The notes beneath the pieces are model-generated. The model ran no database searches. It worked only from the letters and a program-made list of their open reading frames with translations, and was not told the DNA's origin. Made by a program: the position numbers and the translations under genes. Below are positions 57,552 to 64,000 of a stretch of DNA of 64,000 nucleotides, one piece after another (position 1 is the stretch's first letter; the number at the start of each line of letters is the position of its first letter). Origin of the DNA: Luteitalea sp. Its GTDB lineage: Bacteria > Acidobacteriota > Vicinamibacteria > Vicinamibacterales > Vicinamibacteraceae. The DNA lies in contig NZ_JBIINP010000001.1 of the NCBI RefSeq assembly GCF_044337415.1, forward strand, positions 10,321 to 74,320, written 5' to 3'.

Positions 57552-59117
57552 ATGGGCCGCATGCCCAGGCAACTGGCCGTCAGGGTCGAGGCTGATCACC
57601 TCGCGGCCCTGCTGTCGCTCGGTCCCGTGCTGAGCGAGGCCCCCAACCTCAAGACAGCCCTGGCTCGTGCCCTCGAGCACGTGACGGAGGCCGTGTCGGC
57701 GCGCAGTGGCCTCATCGCCCTGCGCGAGGGCGACGGCCGGGAACTCTCGGTGGCGGCGGCCACCGGCATCAGTTGGCAGACCGCCCAGCGTGTGCGGTAT
57801 CGCGTCGGCGAGGGCATCATCGGCCGGGTCGTCGAGACCGGTCGGCCGGTGGTGGTGCCGCGCGCCAGCCAGGAGCCCCTGTTCCTGAACCGTACCGGCG
57901 TGCACAAGCGCACGGCAGCGGCCGGCGAGGACACGTCGTTCCTGTGCGTCCCGATTTGTGCGGCGGGTGCCTGTGTCGGCGCCGTCGGCCTGGCGCGTCC
58001 CCATCGTCCAGACGCCGACGTCGAGCGGTTGATGCAGTTCCTGGGCGTCGTGGCTTCCCTGCTCGGCTATGCCGTGCGTGTCCACGGGCTGCAGCAGGCC
58101 GAGCGGCAGCAGCTGGTGGCCGAGAACGCGCAATTGCGCGAGGAACTCCGCGAGCGCTACGACTTCCGCAACATCATCGGCAGCAGCCGTCCGATGCAGG
58201 CGCTGTTCGGGCAGGTGACGCAGGTGGCCCGCAGCCAGACGACGGCGCTGATTCGCGGCGAGTCGGGCACCGGCAAGGAACTCATCGCGCACGCGATTCA
58301 CTACCACTCGGCCCGCGCGAGCAAGCCGTTCGTGAAGGTCAATTGCGGTGCCCTGCCCGAGGGACTCGTGGAATCGGAGCTGTTCGGGCACGAGGCCGGC
58401 GCGTTCACCGACGCACGCACCGCCAAGAAGGGGCGCTTCGAACTGGCGCACGGCGGCACGCTCTTCCTCGACGAGGTCGGCGAACTGTCGGTGGGCACCC
58501 AGGTCAAGCTGCTCCGGGTGCTGCAGGAGCGCGAGTTCGAGCGGCTGGGCGGCACGCAGACCATCCGTGTGAACGTGCGACTCATCGCCGCCACCAACCG
58601 CGACCTCGAGGACGCCGTCAAGGCGCGCACGTTCCGCGAAGACCTCTACTACCGGCTGAACGTGTTCTCGCTGTTCCTGCCGCCCCTGCGCGACCGCAAG
58701 CCCGACATCCTGCTGCTCGCCGACCATTTCGTCGAGAAGTACGCCGCGGCCCACGGCAAGGACGTCCGTCGCCTGGCGACAACGGCCATCGACATGCTCA
58801 TGAGCTATCACTGGCCGGGCAATGTCCGCGAACTCGAGAACTGCATCGAGCGCGCGGTACTGGTGGCGACCGGCGGCGTGATTCACGGCCACGACCTGCC
58901 TCCGAGCCTGCAGACCGCCGAGGTCTCGGGCACCCTGCCCCGCGTGTCGCTGGCGTCGGCGACGGCCGCGCTCGAGACCGACCTGATTCAGGACGCCCTC
59001 AAGACCGCGGGCGGCAACCTGGCCCGCACGGCGCGGCTGCTCGACACCACCGAGCGGATCGTCGCGTACAAGGTCAAGAAGCTCGGCATCGACCTCCGTC
59101 GCTTCCGCCGAGAGTAG
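57552..59117 (+). CDS. NifA-like sigma54 enhancer-binding protein (GAF, AAA+, HTH)
   Basis: GAF domain (YRVGEGIIGRV..TG, SFLCVPI), GESGTGKE, ESELFGHEAGAFTDA, LFLDEVG, IAATNRDL, FREDLYYRLNV, WPGNVRELEN, HTH GNLARTARLLDTTERIVAYKV. Confidence 0.9.
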   Translation: MGRMPRQLAVRVEADHLAALLSLGPVLSEAPNLKTALARALEHVTEAVSARSGLIALREGDGRELSVAAATGISWQTAQRVRYRVGEGIIGRVVETGRPVVVPRASQEPLFLNRTGVHKRTAAAGEDTSFLCVPICAAGACVGAVGLARPHRPDADVERLMQFLGVVASLLGYAVRVHGLQQAERQQLVAENAQLREELRERYDFRNIIGSSRPMQALFGQVTQVARSQTTALIRGESGTGKELIAHAIHYHSARASKPFVKVNCGALPEGLVESELFGHEAGAFTDARTAKKGRFELAHGGTLFLDEVGELSVGTQVKLLRVLQEREFERLGGTQTIRVNVRLIAATNRDLEDAVKARTFREDLYYRLNVFSLFLPPLRDRKPDILLLADHFVEKYAAAHGKDVRRLATTAIDMLMSYHWPGNVRELENCIERAVLVATGGVIHGHDLPPSLQTAEVSGTLPRVSLASATAALETDLIQDALKTAGGNLARTARLLDTTERIVAYKVKKLGIDLRRFRRE

Positions 59118-59119
59118 GC

Positions 59120-59163
59120 GACGTAAATGTCGGATCATCGGTGAACGGCAGACAGAATTGTCT
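59120..59163 (+). promoter_or_regulatory. Paired AC(A/G)-N4-TGTC sites, putative enhancer for amtB-glnK
   Basis: GACGTAAATGTCG (59120-59132) and GACAGAATTGTCT (59151-59163), 31 bp apart. Confidence 0.6.
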
Positions 59164-59211
59164 GATTCCGTTCCTGGCCGATTCCTGACGATTCGCTGCA
59201 ACATCCTTCAA

Positions 59212-59224
59212 TATCAGTGACTTG
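59212..59224 (+). promoter_or_regulatory. IHF-like site TATCAGTGACTTG
   Basis: Fits WATCAR-N4-TTR and lies between the enhancer pair and the promoter. Confidence 0.45.
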
Positions 59225-59253
59225 CAAAAGTCACAGCCTGTGCCAGTTCGATC

Positions 59254-59269
59254 AAGCATCGAATTTGCT
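59254..59269 (+). promoter_or_regulatory. Degenerate sigma54-like promoter AAGCATC-GAAT-TTGCT
   Basis: Perfect TTGCT -12 element; -24 reads AG instead of GG. Supported mainly by position relative to the paired sites. Confidence 0.4.
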
Positions 59270-59348
59270 ACGTAATAGAGCCGAGCGGACGCGACCCGCG
59301 TGGGACACCGACGTCCCGCCCGGCCCGTCGTCTCCATTCGGAGGATCG

Positions 59349-60632
59349 ATGAACAACGCAGATGTGGCGTGGATGCTGGTCTCCACGGCCCTCGTGCTGC
59401 TGATGACCCCGGCCCTGGCCTTCTTCTACGGCGGGCTGGTCCGGTCCAAGAACGCGCTCAACACGATGATGATGTCGTTCATCTCGTTGGGCTTCGCGGG
59501 TGTGGCGTGGGCCCTCGTCGGGTACTCCCTCGCTTTCGCCCCGGGCACGCCCTGGGTAGGTGGACTGAACTTCGCCTTCCTGAAGGGCGTGACGCTGGAC
59601 CCGCAGGGCACGATTCCCCATGTGCTGTTCATGGCGTTCCAGGGCACGTTCGCGGTCATCACGGCGGCGCTCATCTCCGGGGCCGTGGTGGAGCGCATGC
59701 GGTTCAGCGCCTACATCGCCTTCATCACGCTGTGGGTGCTGGTCGTATACGCGCCGGTCGCCCACTGGGTGTGGGGCGGCGGCTGGCTGGCCACCATGGG
59801 CGCACTCGACTTCGCCGGCGGTACGGTGGTCCATGTGAACGCCGCCGCGGCGGCGCTGGTGGCCGCCGTGGTGGTCGGTCCCCGGTTCGACCACGGCCGG
59901 CAGGCGATGCTGCCGCACAACGTGCCGTTCGTGCTGCTCGGCGCGGGCCTGCTGTGGTTCGGCTGGTTCGGCTTCAACGCCGGTAGCGCGCTCTCGGCCA
60001 ACGGCATCGCCGGCCTGGCGTTCACCAACACGATGCTCGCACCGATGGCGACGCTGGTCGTCTGGACGCTGCTCGACGTTGTCCGGACGGGCCGCGCGAC
60101 GGCAGTGGGCGGCGCCACCGCGATCGTCGTGGGCCTGGTGGCCATCACGCCCGCGGCCGGCTACGTCAGCCCGATGTCGTCGCTGCTCCTCGGTGGGCTG
60201 GCGGCCGTCCCCAGCTACTTCGCGATTCAGTTCCGGGCCAGCACACGCCTCGACGACTCGCTGGACGTGGTCGCGGCGCACGGCGTCGGCGGCACCGTGG
60301 GCGCGCTGCTCACGGGCGTCTTCGCCGACAAGGCGTGGAGCGGCGCGGCCAACGGGCTCGTCGGCGGCAACGCGGCCCAGATCGGGATCCAGGCGGCCGG
60401 CATCGGCGCCGCGCTGGTCTACAGCGCCGTCATGACCTTCGTCCTCTTGAAGCTCATCGCGCTGGTCCTGCCGCTTCGCACGGGCACGCGTGATGAGGCC
60501 CTCGGTCTCGACGTCAGCGACCACGGCGAAGAGGCGTACGCCCACGGCGACGGGGCGATCCTCATCAGCCCCGACCTGCTGCACGGGGCGGTGGCCAGCA
60601 GCGCCGTGACGGCGGAAGGGAGCCGGGCATGA
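59349..60632 (+). CDS. amtB: Ammonium transporter
   Basis: LMTPALAFFYGG, FQGTFAVIT.ALISG, DFAGGTVVH and DVVAAHG (twin His), LLWFGWFGFNAGS, GLVAITP, GLD...HGEEAY. Confidence 0.97.
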   Translation: MNNADVAWMLVSTALVLLMTPALAFFYGGLVRSKNALNTMMMSFISLGFAGVAWALVGYSLAFAPGTPWVGGLNFAFLKGVTLDPQGTIPHVLFMAFQGTFAVITAALISGAVVERMRFSAYIAFITLWVLVVYAPVAHWVWGGGWLATMGALDFAGGTVVHVNAAAAALVAAVVVGPRFDHGRQAMLPHNVPFVLLGAGLLWFGWFGFNAGSALSANGIAGLAFTNTMLAPMATLVVWTLLDVVRTGRATAVGGATAIVVGLVAITPAAGYVSPMSSLLLGGLAAVPSYFAIQFRASTRLDDSLDVVAAHGVGGTVGALLTGVFADKAWSGAANGLVGGNAAQIGIQAAGIGAALVYSAVMTFVLLKLIALVLPLRTGTRDEALGLDVSDHGEEAYAHGDGAILISPDLLHGAVASSAVTAEGSRA

Positions 60633-60991
60633 AGATGGTCGTGGCATTCGTCAGGCCCGAGAAAATCAACGACGTCCTGCAGGCGCTGTTCAGCGTCCAG
60701 GTCCGCGGGCTGACCATCAGCCGCGGCCAGGGCCACGGCGGCGAGACCGAGCACGTCGAGAACTATCGGGGTACGAGCGTCAAGATGGCGCTCGCCGAGA
60801 AGGTGCGCATCGAGATCGGCGTCAGCAACGGCTTCGTCGAGCGGACCATCGAGGCCATCGCCGGCGCCGCGCGCACGGGCGAGGTGGGAGACGGGAAGAT
60901 CTTCGTGCTGCCGGTCGAGCGCGTCGTGCGCATCCGCACCGGAGAGCAGGATCAGGATGCGGTGACGCCCGTCGCCGTGCTCCACCAGTAG
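60629..60991 (+). CDS. glnK: P-II nitrogen regulatory protein
   Basis: VRPEK, YRG, EKVRIEI, ARTGEVGDGKIFVLPVERVVRIRTGE; overlaps the amtB stop. Confidence 0.93.
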   Translation: MKMVVAFVRPEKINDVLQALFSVQVRGLTISRGQGHGGETEHVENYRGTSVKMALAEKVRIEIGVSNGFVERTIEAIAGAARTGEVGDGKIFVLPVERVVRIRTGEQDQDAVTPVAVLHQ

Positions 60992-61005
60992 GCCGGCTCG
61001 GGATG

Positions 61006-61039
61006 ACGAGTGGTGGGCGGCGCGACGTTCACCACTCGT
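61006..61039. terminator. Inverted repeat between convergent glnK and pilin genes
   Basis: ACGAGTGGTG (61006-61015) and CACCACTCGT (61030-61039), perfect 10-bp stem overlapping the pilin stop. Confidence 0.5.
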
Positions 61040-61517
61040 TGTACGCCTGGCCGTTCATCGAGGTCCGATCGGACCCGCTCTTCACGTTGAACACGCCGGG
61101 CTCGGCAGACGGGTTGCTCGCGTCGGGTTCGGCCGGCACCTCCTGCCACGTGGACGCCGACTTGGTGAACGGGTCCTCGGGGATGGAGCGGAGGTATCCG
61201 TCGCTGACCAGGGCTTCCAGGGTCGACGGGTACTTGTTCTTGTCGGCGTAGTACTGGTCGATGGCATCGCGCATGCGGAACAGGTCCTCACGCAGCACGG
61301 CCTCCTGCGCCAGCGTGACCGCGTTGCGGTAGCTCGCCATCGCCATGCCCGCGATGACGACAATCAGCGCCATCACCACCATCAGTTCCAGCAGCGTGAA
61401 TCCGCGCTGACGCCGCGCCCGCCCCTCGGCGCGCAGGCCCTCCCCGTCAGCCCGCACGCCCGTGTCGGCCGTCGTCGCGCCGCGCTCGACGCCTGGGTCG
61501 GTCACGCCCTTCCCCAT
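61029..61517 (-). CDS. Type II secretion pseudopilin GspG-like
   Basis: QRG|FTLLELMVV prepilin motif, EAVLREDLFRMRDAIDQYYAD..KYP, YLRSIPEDPFT. Confidence 0.88.
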   Translation of the reverse strand: MGKGVTDPGVERGATTADTGVRADGEGLRAEGRARRQRGFTLLELMVVMALIVVIAGMAMASYRNAVTLAQEAVLREDLFRMRDAIDQYYADKNKYPSTLEALVSDGYLRSIPEDPFTKSASTWQEVPAEPDASNPSAEPGVFNVKSGSDRTSMNGQAYNEW

Positions 61518-61521
61518 CGCC

Positions 61522-62034
61522 TCAATACTCGCTGTACGGCGTGCCATCGAGTCCCGTCCCGCCTGCCTTCGAGTACACATCGAACACGTTCTGGCCGCCC
61601 CATGACGTGGAGTCGGGGCGATCCTGATAGGAGCGCAGGCCCCACTCCGCGTCCCCGGTCAACGGGTCCACCGGAATGCGACGCAGGAACCGCAACTTGG
61701 TCTGCGTGGCGTCGCCCGCCTTGGTCACGCCCTTGACGAGGGTCTCGAGGTCCGGCGGGTACCCCATGTCGTCGGGCTCGAGTTCGAGGTTCGAGATCTG
61801 CTGCAGATCGGCGGCGTCCTTGTAGCGATCGATGGCCGTCCGCAGTTCCCGCAGCGTGCGCCGCAACTCGACTTCCTTCTGCCGCTGGATCCCCACCTTG
61901 CTCAGCGGCAGCACCGCGGTCGCCATCACGAGCACCACGGCGGCGACGACGAGCAACTCCACGAACGTGTAGCCACCCTGCGCGCCCCCGACGGCGCGGC
62001 GCCACCGCCGCAGCCCGCTGCGCGCCAGGGTCAT
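61522..62034 (-). CDS. Type II secretion pseudopilin GspG-like
   Basis: GG|YTFVELLVV prepilin motif, KEVELRRTLRELRTAIDRYK, FLRRIPVDPLTG, WGGQNVFDVYS. Confidence 0.88.
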   Translation of the reverse strand: MTLARSGLRRWRRAVGGAQGGYTFVELLVVAAVVLVMATAVLPLSKVGIQRQKEVELRRTLRELRTAIDRYKDAADLQQISNLELEPDDMGYPPDLETLVKGVTKAGDATQTKLRFLRRIPVDPLTGDAEWGLRSYQDRPDSTSWGGQNVFDVYSKAGGTGLDGTPYSEY

Positions 62035-64000
62035 CGCACGGTGACCGTCGCGGGGACCAACTGGAGTCCCACGCTCGCCTGTTCCGGCGTGCTCGCGACC
62101 CCGGCCGGCGTGATGGCCGACTGCCCCGGGGCAATGGCCTCGAAGACGAGGGTCGCCACCAGCCCCGTGCCGGTCGCGCCGACCTGATCGCCAGGCCGCA
62201 GGGCGGTGAGATCGACGCGCCCGGCGCCGGGATCGACCTGCTGCGTGAAGGTCGGCGTCACGCCGCCCTGCGCGAGGAACGTTCCTGGCTGCACCGTGCG
62301 GACCCGCAGCACCGACGGGTTGTAGGTGACCGACACGCTGATCGTCGACACGCGCTGCGCGCCGGCGATGGTGATGGGCACCGTATACGGACCACCGCCA
62401 ACAGCGAACTGCGGGCCCGGCGTGGTGATCGCGAGCCGCGCCGTTGGCGGCGGGGCTGGAGACGGGGCCGGGGGCGGCGTCGCCGCGGCCTGCGGCGTGG
62501 CCGGCGGGGCCTCCGGGACGGGCGTGGCCGGCGTCGGCGGGGCCGCCGCGGGAGGCGGCGTTGCGGGCAGGACCGAGGGCGTCGAGGTGACCTGCCCCGT
62601 CTGCGGCGACACGACCGGCATCGTCGCAACCGGCTGCGGCACGGCGACAGGCGCGGCCGGCGGAGCGGTCCCGGCTGGGGTGTTCGGCGCTGGCGCCTGG
62701 GCGCTGGGATCGACCGCGATCAGCGGCGGCGCTCCCGTGAGGCCGAGGTTCTGCTGGCTGCCGATGTAGATCGGATCGAGGTTCTCCTGCGTGACTTCCG
62801 ACGACCGCACCAGGCGCGGCGTCAGCAGGAACACGATGTCGGTCTGCGTGACCTGGTCGACCGTGTTGCCGAAGATGCGGCGCAGGATGGGCGTGCGCAG
62901 CAGCCCGGGGAAACCCGTCAGGGCCTTGCGCTGGTCCTCGCGCAACAGGCCCGCCAGCATCAGCGACTCGCCTTCGCGCATCCGGATGACGGTGGTGACG
63001 CGACGCGTCCCGAACGTCGGCAGGCTCTGGCCGGCGATGTCGATGTTGGCGCCGAGCGTGCTGCTCTCGACCTCGAGTTCGGAGACGATCTCGCCCTCGA
63101 GCGTGACGCGCGGGGCGGTCATCTTCACCTTGAGGCCGACGGTGCGGTAGTTGAACTGGTTGATCGGGATCGTGGTGAGCCCGCCACCGCCCAGGCCGCC
63201 GAACGTGGTGCTCGGCACCGGGATCTCGTCGCCGAGATCCAGCGTGATCGTCTTGCCTTCCATGCCGCGCAGCTGCGGCTTGGCGATGATCTTGTTGTTG
63301 TTGTCGCTGGCCAGGAAGTTGACGACGGCCTGCGGCACCGTGAGGTAGAAATCGGCGGCGCTGATGCCGCGCGTGATCGTGTTGAGGTTGAAGGGGGGCA
63401 CGGAGGTGCCGCCTTCGCCGCTCGAGGGCGGCGCCTCGGGCGAGAAGATCGCCCCCACCGAGTACTGCGACAGGTTGAGCCCGACTTCCTTGGCGCGGGC
63501 GCGGTTGACCTCGATGATCTCGACGTCGACCACGATCTCGGCGCGGGGCTTGTCGTTGTTGCGCACCACCTGGTCGATGATGTTCATCACCCGGTCCGAG
63601 GCGCGCACGGTGAGCGAGTTCTGCGTCTTGTTGGCCAGCACGCGCGGCTGCACCGGCAGGCCGGGCAACTGCAGGATCTGCTGCACGGTCTGCACGAGGT
63701 CGGTCGCGTCGGCGTGCGACAGGTAGAACGTGCGGATGACCTGTTCCTCGTACGCCGCGCGCTTGGGCGGCGTGTCGGGGATCACCATGATGGTGCGCGG
63801 GTTGACGACCTTGTAGAAGTTGTTGGAGGCCGACATCACCTGCGTGAGGGCCTCCTCCAGCGACAGCCCCGTCAGGTCGACGGTGATCTGCGCCGGGCGG
63901 AACGTCGACTCGAAGATCACGTTGATCCCGGTCGCCTTGCCGATGAAGGTGAGCACGTCCTGCGAGCCGGCCTGCGAGAACTTGATCTCCAGGGGATCGC
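62031..64000 (-). CDS. Secretin (GspD/PulD-like) with C-terminal cohesin-like domain; 5' end outside window
   Basis: The frame stays open to the window edge. FIGKATGINVIFE, IRTFYLSHADA, IVVDVEIIEV, LDLGDEIPV, VGLKV, MLAGLL, GLLRTPILRRIF; Pro-rich linker, then VTYNPSVL..VQPGTF cohesin-like domain. Confidence 0.88.
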   Translation of the reverse strand, partial: DPLEIKFSQAGSQDVLTFIGKATGINVIFESTFRPAQITVDLTGLSLEEALTQVMSASNNFYKVVNPRTIMVIPDTPPKRAAYEEQVIRTFYLSHADATDLVQTVQQILQLPGLPVQPRVLANKTQNSLTVRASDRVMNIIDQVVRNNDKPRAEIVVDVEIIEVNRARAKEVGLNLSQYSVGAIFSPEAPPSSGEGGTSVPPFNLNTITRGISAADFYLTVPQAVVNFLASDNNNKIIAKPQLRGMEGKTITLDLGDEIPVPSTTFGGLGGGGLTTIPINQFNYRTVGLKVKMTAPRVTLEGEIVSELEVESSTLGANIDIAGQSLPTFGTRRVTTVIRMREGESLMLAGLLREDQRKALTGFPGLLRTPILRRIFGNTVDQVTQTDIVFLLTPRLVRSSEVTQENLDPIYIGSQQNLGLTGAPPLIAVDPSAQAPAPNTPAGTAPPAAPVAVPQPVATMPVVSPQTGQVTSTPSVLPATPPPAAAPPTPATPVPEAPPATPQAAATPPPAPSPAPPPTARLAITTPGPQFAVGGGPYTVPITIAGAQRVSTISVSVTYNPSVLRVRTVQPGTFLAQGGVTPTFTQQVDPGAGRVDLTALRPGDQVGATGTGLVATLVFEAIAPGQSAITPAGVASTPEQASVGLQLVPATVTVR

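Noticed and set aside
57552-59117. Calling the activator nifA and inferring nitrogen fixation
   Set aside because: There are no nif genes in the window, and the candidate sites are ACA-N4-TGTC rather than TGT-N10-ACA.

Overview
High-GC, gene-dense bacterial chromosomal window. An Acidobacteriota origin, probably Vicinamibacteria-like, is inferred from the PadR/duplicated-permease cassette and the fused Lpt genes. Left third: dnaE (3' end), accA, recJ, a long LptC/LptA fusion, the lptB-rpoN-hpf-hprK-rapZ-EIIA-HPr-EI operon, a vapBC remnant, an aldo/keto reductase, ssb and the tol-pal cluster. Middle: recN, miaB, a DUF151 nuclease, a parAB pair directly followed by a 28-bp dif-like site, a Kef-type antiporter, fused lptFG, xerD and a PadR-permease-adaptor-ATPase cassette. 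Right half: (i) a MoxR-DUF58-BatA-DUF4175-like operon ending in two Tat-signal TldD paralogues and one signal-less TldE; (ii) an amino-sugar/peptidoglycan recycling cluster; (iii) a porin-NifA-like activator-amtB-glnK module, with paired ACA-N4-TGTC sites at near-identical distances from two sigma54-like promoters; (iv) a T2SS/T4P-like secretin and pilins running off the window edge. No rRNA, tRNA, CRISPR array, transposase or prophage was recognised. All calls are by-eye motif recognition with no database searches, and many start codons were re-chosen downstream of the ORF-track starts.
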